64,000 nt of DNA from Octopus sinensis (Eukaryota). The notes under the pieces were generated by a model. That model had not been told where the DNA came from and did no database searches. It saw only the letters and a program-made list of their open reading frames with translations. How positions within the stretch are numbered: position 1 is the stretch's first letter; each line of letters opens with the position of its first letter. Location: the NCBI RefSeq assembly GCF_006345805.1, contig NC_043001.1, positions 112,902,001 to 112,966,000 on the forward strand, read 5' to 3'. Below are positions 14,921-27,770 of this stretch, piece after piece. The translations under genes and the position numbers were made by a program.

Positions 14921-15128
14921 AGTAAATCCCCCAAAAAAGAACAAGCATAAAAAAACACAACAATGCATGGGCGTGATACATGTAAAGTATTAGTAGACAA
15001 TCAAGGAAGGAAAGAAAGATGGTTTAATGTTTCGAGCAGGACACACTTCTTCGGAAATAGAGGAGAGTCCAGTAGAAGGGAAGACAGTGGAAGAAAATTG
15101 CCAACAGTTCACACGTGGTTACATTTTG
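14921..15128 (-). mobile_element. (TA)n-embedded module with a decayed hammerhead-like motif, homologous to 51105-51313
   Basis: Minus strand of 15022-15058 reads ATTT-CCGAAGA-A-GTGTGTCCTGCTC-GAAACAT-T-AAACC. Flanking sequence aligns with the 51.1-kb copy. Confidence 0.55.
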
Positions 15129-15514
15129 ATATATATATATACACATATATAGTATAGCACTCAAAACAAATATAGAGGAGATTTAAAACCAATTACCAGC
15201 CACTGATTCTTATAGCAAGAACCTTGGAGAATTTCCAGGTGTAGAAACAAAAAACTTTAGAGTAAATAAACTTAGCAAAGATTAACATTTTGCTTAGAAA
15301 GTTTTTGTAAGTATGAAAGAAGGCCGGACCTTGATGTCACTAGGATGTCAATATGCAGAAAAGATGCTCAGCTCAATATGCAGAAAACTAGTTGGTAGAA
15401 ATTCCATGCAGTGAATTATGTTTTATTTTATACTATCACATGTCTCAGGCTAAGATCATAATTGGATTAGAACTGATTTGCACTACTCATTGTTGTGAAG
15501 TTCATGGTTTAGTT

Positions 15515-15765
15515 CAATGGTTCTCAACCGGGGTCCACATGGCCCTTAGGGGTCCACATCGCCCTTAGGGGCCCATATAAGAATCTGTTGTTAAAATTTA
15601 TCAATAAATTGACTATACTTGTAAAGTACACAAAATTTTTTAATGATTACTTTTATACAGTTTCTAATAATATCTAATTATAAAACTCTAATAGGACTTT
15701 TTTTAACATTGAATGACTTGGAGGGTCCATCTTAGTAAAATAGGAATCAAATGGGTCCATATTCT
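15515..15765 (+). mobile_element. hAT-type MITE, left part, truncated by or interrupted at a SINE-A fragment
   Basis: CAATGGTTCTCAACC terminus. Body similar to 46068-46321. Right TIR not found. Confidence 0.7.
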
Positions 15766-15769
15766 TTTA

Positions 15770-15975
15770 CATTTTTTTTTTTACTTGTTTCAGTCATTTG
15801 GCTGTGGCCATGCTGGAGCACTGCCTTTAGTCAAAGAAATTGACTCCAGGACTTTGTAAGCCTAGTACTTCTTCTATCAGTCTCTTTTGCCAAACCACTG
15901 AGTTTTGGGGATGTAAACACACTAATATCGGTTGTGAAGCAATGGCAGGGGGACAAAAACACACACACAAATATA
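15770..15975 (-). mobile_element. SINE-A 3' half
   Basis: TTACTTGTTTCAGTCATTTGGCTGTGGCCATGCTGGAGCAC. Confidence 0.75.
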
Positions 15976-16326
15976 ACATATATATAAATAAGCATAAGAT
16001 CGTTCAATCATATGCCTCAATAGGTTTTCGCAAGCAAAGTTCATTGTTCAATGAATGAGGAGTATATATAAATGGGCTCATTATACCCACTGGCATAGGC
16101 CATGAGCTATGGTCCCACTTGGCTTCTTGGGTCTTCTCAAGCACAGCATATCTCCAAAGGTCCCATGTGTGTGTATATGTGTGTGTGCGCGTGTGTGTAT
16201 ATTGCTACGATGATCCGGTTCTTGACTGAAGATTGAGGGCTTCGAATGTCCCGTCCGTGTTTTTTGTATCGTCTTCTAAGTGTTTTGCGTTCTTGTCCCA
16301 GTTTGTATTTTTCTACATATAATAAT

Positions 16327-16378
<52 letters not shown>

Positions 16379-16535
16379 ATGTATATGTATGTACATATGT
16401 GTGTGTGTATATGTATGTATATATATATATATATGTGTATGTATATGTATGTACATATGTGTGTGTATATGTATGTATATATATATATATATACATGTGT
16501 GTATATGTATGTATATATACATGTATGTGTATATA

Positions 16536-16566
<31 letters not shown>

Positions 16567-17321
16567 ATATATTTTATATACGTAAATTTTTTGACAGATA
16601 TCTTGTTTTAGGCATAAAATTGTCTTTATTCTTTTTAACCATTCTTTGCAACTCAAAACTTACCAAACAATTTTGATTTAAATTTCGTAACAGTTAAAAT
16701 TAGAAAAGGAAGAACGATGAAATTAGTTCTTAAATGGAAGTTGACGTCAGTGATTCAGTGAGAGAAATAAGATAACTGTGTTTACGGATTTTAAATATTC
16801 CAGTTTTTAATGAGCTCTTTGAATTTAGCTAAAGTATAGAATCTTTGCTAATTTCTAAATTATCTAAATTGTATTAATTCTTCTTTTGATATTGGTATCT
16901 TTGACCTATGCTTCAAGAATTTTCTTGTGTATATGTTTATGTGTGTTTGTGTATGTGTGTGTGTTAATGTCATGGTTCAAAGAACTGAGTAAACAAGGAG
17001 AAAATATGCTCAATACATATTGGTTTTATTACTATCAATGAAGGCACATGGCTCAGTGGTTAGAGTGTCAGGCACTGCAAGTAATATAGTATAATTAGTG
17101 TGACACAGCATTTACTAGCATAATCCACTTTTATTTATTTATTGCTTTATTCATTTAAGATACCATTTGGGGTTTGGATTGTACCTTGAATTTTAGCACC
17201 TCAAGAATAGTATGCATATAATAGTCAACCTTTGAAATTTAGCCTACATACCTTGTTCCTGGTCTAAAAAAAATCATATGTTAATCATCATTTAATGTTT
17301 GTCTTTGATACCTGTATAAAA

Positions 17322-17500
17322 TGCACTCTGTCCACTCTGCTGGGTGGTTGGTATTAGGAAGGGCATCCAGCTGTAGAAACTGCACCAAAACAGACACACA
17401 AGTCTGGTGCAGGCTCTTGCCTTGCCAGCTCCTGTCAAACTGTCCAACTCATGCCAGCATGGAGGGTGGATGTTGGACAGTGATGATGATGATGATTGGC
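17322..17500 (+). mobile_element. Family C (ATG)n-tailed retroposon, diverged 3' part
   Basis: GGAAGGGCATCCAGCTGTAGAAAC core, CATGCCAGCATGG, (GAT)n tail. Confidence 0.8.
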
Positions 17501-18712
17501 ATGAGTTGGATGATTTGACAGGATGCAATAAGCAAGAGAACTGTGCTGAACTTTGACACAGTTTCTATGGTTGGATGCCCTTCCTAGTGCCAGCCACTTT
17601 ACAGGGGTCTACTGGATTATTCTTTCACAACACAGTGCTAGTGTGTCACCAAGTAACTCATAAAACAAATTGACCCCTTGACTGAGTGGGGTAGTAGTAG
17701 AGATGGGATTGGCTTTATGCCAGATGTTGAAAGGTTAAAAATTATGATAGAAGGACAAGCACAGGTGTCTTTCTGCAGGGATATCTGTGTCTAACACCTC
17801 ACCACACAAGACAGGTAGGAGAGTTAGGAAGAAGACAAAGTTGGTAGGGAGAAGGTGTCAGGGTGTACTTGTAAGATACGAGTAGGTAAGTAGAAGTGAG
17901 AATATGGATTGAAGATTGGGAAAACGTAGATGGAGAAGCAAGTAGGCCAAAACTTCTTTGTAAAAATATATAATAAATATAGAGATATATATATATAAAC
18001 AAATTTTCTCTTTCTCTCCATATGTGAGATATATGTGTGTGTGTGTGTGTGTATTTATGTGTATGTATGTATGTATCTATCTATATCTGTCTGTCTGTAT
18101 GTATGTGTGTATATATATATATATATAACTAATCAGAATTTCTGAGAACCTCCCATTTCCAGTTTAAATGCTTAGCTCTGTTGTAATCAGGGCCGGTGCA
18201 ATCTTATCTTTAATCTTGATGAATTTCCCAATAAATATGAAATAATCAGTGAAAAAAGAAGGTATCTCTGAGTGGGGTGGGGTGGGAAGGGAATTTGAAT
18301 TATATATGAAAACCTTAAAAAAAAAAAAGGAGAAAGAAAATCTGTAAATGACTGAAGTAAGATCTAAAGATTGAACATGCTTCAAGGTTTGCTTACTCAC
18401 ATTTAGCAGTGTGTTGAATCAATTTTCAAAATTAATTAAAAACTAAGAAAAGAAAAAAAAAAACAAGAACTTGTTGTACTTAGATTTTCCAAAGCAATGT
18501 TAAATGTTTTTGTTTTCTTTTTTTTTTTTTAATTATTTCATCATGTGGAATAATTGGGTTTTTTCCCCCTCATTTATGTTTAAGCTCTTAGATTTGTGTT
18601 GTGTATCTGTATATAAAGTGCGAATATGTAAATCACTATGTATAGGAAGATGTTAGTGCTAAATTTTTTTTAAAATCTGACTGACAAGTATCTAGGGCAA
18701 ATACGATATATT

Positions 18713-19270
18713 TATTTCTTTACTACCCACAAGGGGCTAAACACAGAGAGGACAAACAAACGGATTAAGTTGATTATATCGACCCCAGTGCATAACTGGT
18801 ACTTATTTAATCGACCCCGAAAGGATGAAAAGCAGAGTCGACCTTGGCGGAATTTGAACTTGGAAAGTAACGGCAGTCGAAATACCTATTTCTTTACTAC
18901 CCACAAGGGGCTAAACATAGAGAGGACAAACAAGGACAGACAAACGGATTAAGTTGATTATATTGACTCCAGTGCATAACTGGTACTTATTTAATTGACC
19001 CCGAAAGGATGAAAGGCAAAGTCGACCTCGGCGGAATTTGAACTCAGAGCGTACAGTATATTACTCCTTTCTACTATAAGCACAAGACCTGAAATTTATG
19101 GGAAGGCGCTAATCTGGGGTCGACTCCTCAGATCCCAGTGCTCAACTGGTACTTCTTTTATCGACCCCCAAAAAGATGAAAGGCAAAATTGACCGCGGTA
19201 GAATTTGAGCTCAGAATCTAAAAACAGATGAAATGCAGCTAAGCATTTTGTCCATCTTGCTTATGATTCT
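18713..19270 (-). mobile_element. Three SINE-B units in head-to-tail tandem
   Basis: TATTTCTTTACTACCCACAAGGGGCTAAAC starts at 18713 and 18887. A third, older unit spans about 19057-19270. Confidence 0.88.
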
Positions 19271-20965
19271 ACCTGCTCCACTACTTTCAAATACACCATA
19301 ATAAACAGATTTAGTCCCACCCAAAATTCTCTCCTTTTATTTCTCTTTCACTTAAGTGCAATAGAGGTATTTCAGGATTTCACATTAACACTGTTGGAGA
19401 GTAATTGTTTTATAGCTTGATATAAATTATTAGTTGATATTAAAGTTAACATCATCAATATCATTTTATATTCTGTTTTTTTTTTTCATGTCAGCATGGG
19501 TGAAGTAGATGTCACAGCATCTAGGCTAATGGTTATCAAATAGTGCACCATGTGAATCTAAAATAAATTTAAAGCCTTCTAAAAATCTATATTGATGCTT
19601 AAATAAAATTTAAGGCTTTCCTTTACATGTGAAATGCATCAGAAATTTTTAACTTGTCATGATAACAGTGCTAATAATTTTTACTTTGATCATCAATATT
19701 CCTTGAAGTAAACAAAAAGAAAAATTGGGAACCACTGCAATGTTTGAAGTTGCTTGTGTCATTTTTTTTTTTTTTTTTTGGTATTTTTATGGTTGGTTAC
19801 CCTTCCTGTGACCAGTCACTTGAAAGTATAGACCAGGTGCATTTTATCATGCTATTAACACTAGAGAGGTGGTCTTCAGTGGTTTTAAAATGTCCACTCT
19901 ACCCTGCATAGCTATTTTTATTCAGAGTTACTGTGCTTCTAGACAGACTGCATATGACAAGCTTTGCAAATCTTGCATCTTTTCTGTTTCTGCCATCTAG
20001 TTATATATAAACTAAATGTAATTTAGATCTCTAAACTAAATGTAATTATTCATGTTTTATATTCAAGTATTGTTATTATATTGAATATTTGTATTTTTGA
20101 AGTTGTTGAAATTGCATTAGAGTAATTCAACTAGAAAGTAGCAGGCTCTAAAAATATTAAATTGAGAGAAAAATATATCTGCTTTAGCTTTTGTACAAAT
20201 CTGTGAATTTGCTGATCCCACTAACATTTTTTTATGTGTATGGGGAAAAAATAAAGTTTTTTGTTGAGCCCCAAGCTAATTTTAATTGAGTAGATCCATG
20301 AAGGATTAGAGGATTTCCAGTTGTGACCATCCGATACTTTTGTAGGCGGTGTGTATCCAGAACTGCATTATCCAATATGTCCTTTGCTTTTTAAGACAGT
20401 ATGGTGTGATATGACGGAGATTTAGCTGCTATTTCTTACATATCAAGTGACTGTGTAAAGGCTTCCTTGTGTGCACATTTACCTATGCAAAGTTTTATAA
20501 TGTCTGAACCTGGACTGTCTTCACATTCTAGGCCCCTGGGCAAATCAGTGCACTTGGTTGTATAGTATTTAATGACAGCAAGCCTCAGCATATATTGGTC
20601 AGAATTGTGCCCCTAGACCTGAGAAGCCCCTGGGCAAATGTCCAGTGTGTCTGTGCCTTAAGATGGCTCTGATTTGGACCAATATACAGGGTGGTCAATT
20701 TGTCAATATGCAGTATATGTCAAGGATTTGGTAGTAGTCTCTGACACTGAATACCATGCTGTAGGTTTATTTACACCACCACATAGCACTTTTTTACACT
20801 GAAGAATGGTATCTCTCTGCTGGTACCAGTTTAGCATCTACATACACATTGCACAATTATTTTCATACTAATTAACACAACTCTCTGCACACATTTTCAT
20901 ACTCATGTATTTTCATGCAATCATTATTATGTCAAAGAATGCATTTGTTGTAAAACATTCACATA

Positions 20966-21373
20966 GGCGCAGGAGTGGCTGTGTGGTAAGTAGTTTGCTA
21001 ACCAACCACATGGTTCCGGGTTCAGTCCCACTGCGTGGCACCTTGGGCAAGTGTCTTCTACTATAGCCTCGGGCCGACCAAAGCCTTGTGAGTGGATTTG
21101 GTAGACGGAAACTGAAAGAAGCCCGTCGTATATATGTACATATATATATGCGTGCGTGTGTTTGTGTGTCTGTGTTTGTCCCCCTAGCATTGCTTGACAA
21201 CCGATGCTGGTGTGTTTATGTCCCCGTTACTTAGCGGTTCGGCAAAAGAGACCGATAGAATAAGTACTGGGTTTACAAAAGAATAAGTCCTGGGGTCGAG
21301 TTGCTCGATTGAAGGCGGTGCTCGTGCATGGCTGCAGTCAAATGACTGAAACAAGTAAAAGAGTAAAAGAGTA
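20966..21373 (+). mobile_element. SINE-A, full length, with internal microsatellite
   Basis: GGCGCAGGAGTGGCTGTGTGG (A-box), GGTTCAGTCCC (B-box), CACCTTGGGCAAGTG (CORE-like start), internal (TA)/(TG) tract, (TAAAAGAG)n tail. Confidence 0.92.
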
Positions 21374-21682
21374 TACGATCTGCAAACATTTATATTCTCA
21401 TGCGTATACATCTATGTATATATACCTATTCTTAACTCTCATATTTTATATATGTTCAGTAATATTACCAGGGTTCTTACATTCTTTCCTGGAATGTCTA
21501 CGACTGAAATTTCATGTTGGGTGTGAACCTCAGATAAAATTAAATTATTAATGAGTACAGTAGCACATGCATAAAAACACAATCTTCTTTTTCAAATAAT
21601 GCGATTCTTTAAGTTATCTTTCCCTTGGTCCTTTTCCTGTCTGTCATTCATTCATTCATTTAATAAATATTATATATTTATA

Positions 21683-21984
21683 TCATCACGTGACCGACCA
21701 GTCCATCAGATGTAGTTACACATCGCTGGTCACAATGCGTTCGCATTGTTTTAGCCTTCGAATGACGCCACCCCGCTGGCTAAGCGAGCAGGCCAACAGA
21801 AGAAAGAGTGGGAGAAAGAGTGGTGAAAGAGTACAGCAGGGATCACCCCCCCCCCTGCCGGAGCCTCGTGGAGCTTTAGGTGTTTTCGCTCAATAAGCAC
21901 TCACAACGCCCGGTCTGGGAATCGAAACCGCAATCCTGCGACCGTGAGTCCGCTGCCCTAACCACTAGGCCATTGCGCCTCCAC
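21683..21984 (-). mobile_element. SINE-D variant: same head and central domain, different 3' tail
   Basis: About 21800-21984 aligns with the 3630 and 39235 copies. 21683-21800 is unrelated to their tail. Confidence 0.85.
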
Positions 21985-21992
21985 ACACACAC

Positions 21993-22044
<52 letters not shown>

Positions 22045-22077
22045 CACACTTTCACTCTTACATCTGTTATACTCTTT

Positions 22078-22114
<37 letters not shown>

Positions 22115-22636
22115 TATTTATCTCTGTATCTGCTCCTTCTGTTACTCTTGCCTACTTTTTTCTTTCTTTCCCTCTCTTGTTTCACGCTCTCTATCCTCTT
22201 ATACTTGATATTTGATCTCAGTTTCTCTTTTACTACTACATTTAGTAGTGAGGTTAAACATCTAACCATTTCTGTCTTTCTTAAATGTTCTGGCATTTTT
22301 CAGAACCAATCCATATATGAGAGAGACAGGAGGGGTAGAAAGAAAGCAGTTGATTCCATTAAATCTAAGTCTTAAAGGAAGTAGACAATTCCATAGTTTC
22401 AAAATTGGTGTGAAGCCAAAATTTGATAAACCTCTGCTTTCTCACATTGAGCTGTTATAACCATAATAAGCGGAGGAAATGGAATTATGAGGAATATGCT
22501 CCAAAGGAGCCAAAGTCTGGAAACATTTCTTTCACTTTTTCTTGTTACTAAATGCATGTCTATGGAATTATATATGTCTTTTTAATGGATTGGATGGGAT
22601 TACAAATTCAAACATTTAAATATATAGTGTGTACCA

Positions 22637-22726
<90 letters not shown>

Positions 22727-23700
22727 TGTACATGATAAATGTATTATAAAACTGATTTGAATGAGAGAAGCAGTAGACAGTATCTGTTGTAGAATTTGTA
22801 TTTGATGATAATTTTGAATTTTACCATGGTAGTATCATTGCTCTACGTATATTGTTTTAGTTATATATATAAAATGAAAATATTTATATCTTTTATTTCA
22901 TGCTCTAATGATTAGGATATTTTTGCACATCTAGGTATTTTACATAAATACTGAATGGCATTTTGTAATTCAATGATTAATTTCAAAGAGAATATTGTTA
23001 TAGTTATTATTCTTTTTGAAGGTTGGTTTTCGTTGCCTAGGGACTTCATGTTTTGACGTAAGAGTTCGGCTCAACTTTCATGAGCAAGTGTTTATGACTT
23101 GGTAGCCTGTATCATGCTTTTTCTGATTGTTTTAGGTTTGCCTGTATAGTCAAGAGCTAAGACTAAGACATCTTCTTGGCCCTGCACTCTTGATTCAGTT
23201 GAATATCATGGGTGTGTGTGTGACAGCTTGGTGGAAAGAGGGCTGCATCCAGTAGTTGGTTGGTAGTCATTTTCAGCTGAATTCACAACATGAAATGATG
23301 TGCCTTGCTCAAGGAGATAACATGCTGCTCATTTCAGAAACTGAACCCTTGACTTTAGGATTGTCAGCTCAACACCTTAACCACTAGGTCATGCAACTTC
23401 TCATGTTTTGTAGTACATACATCTCACTTATTTCTATTTTTCTTCTTAATTCCTATGGTATGAGATTAGCATCAATTTTATTAACTATCACCTTTTGTTT
23501 GGTTGAAATTGAAAAATTTCTCACAAAAGAATATTTTTGTATTATGATGACATCGTTGAGATTTTGTTGAGGCTCATTAAAATATAAAAACCCAAACTTT
23601 AGAATGGGGATTATGAAATTATGTACCAGTTTCTCATTTCATTATATATTTATATTTATATTCTGTCTAATGTGTCATTTTATTTTTTTATTGTGTTCAG

Positions 23701-23930
23701 GTAAATGGACAAGATCTTTCACAATCGACTCATGAAGAAGCTGTCGAAGCTTTTCGAAGTGCAAAAGAACCCATTGTGGTAGAAGTACTGAGGAGAGCAA
23801 ACAAGGCTAAAATGAAAAGTCGGTCTCCAACGATGGTATCCGTTGGAACACAGACCGAGGAGGAGATTTTCTGCAGCAATGAGAGTCCTCCCACACCACC
23901 ACCTGGATTTTATGCTTTCAATGGCTCTGG
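23701..23930 (+). CDS. PDZRN3: Internal coding exon of a PDZRN3/PDZRN4 (LNX3/4, Slip1)-like PDZ-RING protein: C-terminal half of a PDZ domain plus linker
   Basis: Translates without stops as [77 protein letters not shown]. This matches my recollection of vertebrate PDZRN3 (VNGxDLSxATHxQAVEAFxTAKEPIVVQVLRR...GTQTD). Pyrimidine tract and TTCAG acceptor end at 23700, CTAAT branch-like motif at 23667-23671, GTAAGT donor at 23931. Phase 0 in, phase 2 out. PDZRN3 versus PDZRN4 cannot be resolved. Confidence 0.92.
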
Positions 23931-24696
23931 GTAAGTAATCACAAACATTTTATTTCATTTTTGTTTCTTTTCAGTTTTTTTATGAAATGACTTGGTTGTG
24001 TGCCTTTAAAGGGTGAGTCGGAGGCCTTTAAAATGGTCATGACCTTTGCTCTTCTTTCTCTGAGACAGATGGAAATGAAGAAAGGAGATATTGAATGGAC
24101 TGGATATCTGGTCTGAATACTTAAAATAGTGGACAATGTGAAAGATACACCAGAACAAGAATTGTTCCTTCTGACAAGTTTCCACACAGTTTCCGTCTAC
24201 TTTGTTTTACTCATAAAGATCTTTAGTTGACCTGAAGCTAGAAGACACTTGTTGAAAGTGCTGCATAGTAGAGGTGAAACAAAAATCATGTAGCTGTAGA
24301 GTGAACTTCCCAACCACATAATCATACCTGCGCATAAAGCTTTCTTTAAGCTACTAAAAGATATTTGAAAGCAATGAGAAACACATTTAATCATGATAGA
24401 TGAGCACCATTCTTCCTGTTTCTGTTTGTTATTGATAATCACTTCGAAGTTTAACTCTTTAGTATTTGAACCAGCCATATCTGGCCAAGATATTCTACCC
24501 ATTCAATGTTCAAATCAACCACATACGACTTCTCTCACCTATCCCACAATGTAATTCTAAAAATAAACAATCATGACATCAAAATCTTGAAGCTACAGTT
24601 TAATGCATGCTTAATTCAAAACAATGTAAATAAATGAGGATTACATTTGATGGAGCAATCTGAATGCTAAAGGGTTAAGGAGTAAGTTTCTAACAA

Positions 24697-25125
24697 ACTC
24701 TTTTACTCTTTTACTCTTATACTTGTTTCAGTCATTTGACTGCAGCCATGCTGGAGCACCGCCTTTAGTCGAGCAAATCAACCCCGGGACTTATTCTTTG
24801 TAAGCCCAGTACTTATTCTATCGGTCTCTTTTGCCGAACCGCTAAATGATGGGGACGTAAACACACCAGCATCGGTTGTCAAGCAATGCCAGGGGGACAA
24901 ACACAGACACACAAACACATACAGACACATACATATATATATATACATATATACATATATACGACAGGCTTCTTTCAGTTTCCGTCTACCAAATCCACTC
25001 ACAAGGCATTGGTCGGCCCGGGGCTATAGTAGAAGACACTTGCCCAAGATGCCACGCAGTGGGACTGAACCCGGAACCATGTGGTTGGTTAGCAAGCTAC
25101 TTACCACACAGCCACTCCTACGCCT
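24697..25125 (-). mobile_element. SINE-A, full length
   Basis: (ACTCTTTT)n tail through GCCACTCCTACGCC head; highly similar to the other young copies. Confidence 0.92.
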
Positions 25126-26310
25126 AATTCTGTTTTGATGTCCTCAATGTCTCAGTTTCACTTACATTGAAAATGCTTTTAGAAAAGACTTGAATGTCAC
25201 AATTCCCTTCTCTAAACTCATTAAAATCAATAGAACTGATTGTCTTTTGATGACTATCTCTGATCATAAAAAGCAAGGTACTTTATTCCTTACCATATTC
25301 TTCTCTAGCAGTGGATTAGTTGATACATTAGAGCAGAGGTTCTCAAACTGGGTACTCATATCACTAGGGGTACACAAGAGAAATCGCAGGGGAATTTTTA
25401 GTCACAGCCTACTAAGTGTGGCATGTGTGTCTTGGACATATGTGGAGAGTATTTTCTTGTTCCCATTCACTTGTTGTTGGGTAAAAGATATTCAGCAATG
25501 TTGATAAACCAAAAATAGATTTGATGCAGAACTGTCAGTTAAGAATGGTTGTGAGTGTGCCTCTCTGAAATTGTACTAAAAATTGAGTTAGTTGTTAGAA
25601 GGTGCCAAACTAATTCATCTCATTAAAAATATCATTAAATTAAACAAAATTGATTTCATATATAGGTGCAAGGCCAGAAATTATGGGGATGTGGAACAGT
25701 TGACTATACTGACCCCGATAATTTTGTCTAACAACTTAGTGTCAATCAAGTACAGGAGTTGATCAAATAAGTGGAATCACCGTTGCACTTGTATATCCTA
25801 TTTATTTTCTACCATTTAGCTACCATCTTGCTAAGAATAACAAATGGTACCTTATTCATTCTGGGAATGATTAACTGTTTGATTTATAGTTTAGGTAAAG
25901 AAACGAAGCAGGCATCTGGATGGTGGATTGCCATTTGCAAATGTCAGTTACTCTATTAAATGTGACTATTTTATGAGGTGGAAAGGTACTCATTTTAGTG
26001 GTTGTGGAAAAAATAAAAATAAAACCAAAATTTGGTGAGATTTAAAGAACTTTATGCTAACTCCATCATGTTTGGCTATAATTGATATTTAATGTCGGTT
26101 TCATAAGAATTAAGTCTTGAAGGCATTTCCCATTCATATTAAATGCTTTTGGAAGAGGTTTGGCAATCACAATTCCTTACTTCCTTTTACCTATAAATCT
26201 GGGTGGGGATATGAGTCTACTGAAAAAGCAAAGTAACATTTGTCGTGTAGACAAGCAATTGGTGGTGGTAGGAAAACGGTAGAACTGGTAGAGTGTCAAG
26301 AAATATCTAT

Positions 26311-26722
26311 TACTCTTTTTACTCTTTTACTTGTTTCAGTCATTTGACTGCAGCCATGCTGGAGAACCACCTTTAGTCGAGCAAATCGACCCCGGAACTT
26401 ATTCTTTGTAAGCCCAGTACTTATTCTTTCGGTCTCTTTTGCCGAACCGCTAAGTGATGGGGATGTAAACACACCAGCATCGGTTGTCAGGCAATGCTAG
26501 GGGGACAAACACAGACACACAAACACACACACACATACATATATATATATACATATATACGACAGGCTTCTTTCAGTTTCCGTCTACCAAATCCACTCAC
26601 AAGGCATTGGTCGGCCTGGGGCTATAGCAGAAGACACTTGCCCAAGATGTCATGCAGTGGGACTGAACCCGGAACCATGTGGTTGGTTAGCAAGCTACTT
26701 ACCACACAGCCACTCCTGCGCC
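26311..26722 (-). mobile_element. SINE-A, full length
   Basis: Same tail-to-head structure as 24697-25125. Confidence 0.92.
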
Positions 26723-26875
26723 CATTCTGGTACTTCGTTACATACTTCTACAGTTTGTCTTCAGATCTCATAGGGGTCAACTTAAATTTTCATTCTTCTG
26801 AGGTTAATAAAGCAATGTATGAGGGTCAAATGAATCAACTATACACATGAACGTGCACACACACACACACACACA

Positions 26876-27092
26876 TGAGGAGGTGCTGAAAAGTCCCCAG
26901 CTTTAAAGGTATCGTAAAAGGCTTGGTTGGAGGCCCAAACTTCTGAATTCTTTTACAGGGCTTAGAAAAACTGAAGGACCGCTGTAATAAGTGTATAAAT
27001 CTGAGAGGGGAATATGTTGAATAAGATCATAATTAACTGATCATCCTGTATTTTCTTTTACTAAAAGCCAGGAGCTTTTCAGCATCCCCTTT
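26876..27092 (+). mobile_element. Mariner-derived non-autonomous element retaining the transposase C-terminus
   Basis: Imperfect TIRs GAGGAGGTGCTGAAAAGTCC / GGAGCTTTTCAGCATCCCCT. Internal QGLEKLKDRCNKCINLRGEYVE* at about 26956-27024 resembles mariner C-termini. Confidence 0.8.
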
Positions 27093-27100
27093 TATATATA

Positions 27101-27340
27101 TACAGGGTGCAGTGAATAAATTGTCGTCTAAATTATACAAAAATTAAAATAACACTGACATCTCATTTTAACAGACATATTTACCAAAATTACATAAAAG
27201 TATCTTGAAATACTGAAGAGTAAATTTATTCAATAAAATTACCATTGACTTCAACCATGGCCTCCAGACAGCTTTGGAATCTCCTGCAACTCTTCTGGAT
27301 GGTCTCCTTGTTTTTAAGTTGGTGAATGCTGCCAAAATCC
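27101..27340 (-). mobile_element. Tc1/mariner superfamily (maT/DD37D-like) transposase 3' remnant with terminus
   Basis: Minus strand ...ETIQKSCRRFQSCLEAMVEVNGNFIE*. TA-CAGGGTG terminus at about 27101. Confidence 0.7.
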
Positions 27341-27730
27341 TTGCCTTCAGTCCATTTTTGGTGTGTTACAAAGAGTTTTGTTGGTGTCTTGCTTAACTCT
27401 GCCCCACACATAATAATGAAGGGGGCTTTGTAACTCACATATGGCAAAAAAAGAAGAGAAATAATGAAATCACACAGTCTTCGGTTAATTATGGACGTAC
27501 GTTTCTGGATTAGAATCATAAGACTCATTTCCTTTATCGACATAAAATTCCCTATAAATCTAGAAATGCTAGGAAAACTCACCTCCATATGTGAGTTACA
27601 AATATTGTTGTCTGTTGAGACTTATTTTTGTAGTAAAGGGAAATAGAAGTCTTTTGGCTGCTATTTCTAAAATTTTTGGTATGTGGTTAAGCAACTTGTT
27701 GCAAATAACCCATATTATTATAAATATATA

Positions 27731-27769
<39 letters not shown>

Positions 27770-27770
<1 letters not shown>

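Noticed and set aside
25334-25400. Additional hAT left end (CAGAGGTTCTCAAACT)
   Set aside because: No matching right TIR or TSD found, so the boundaries cannot be supported.
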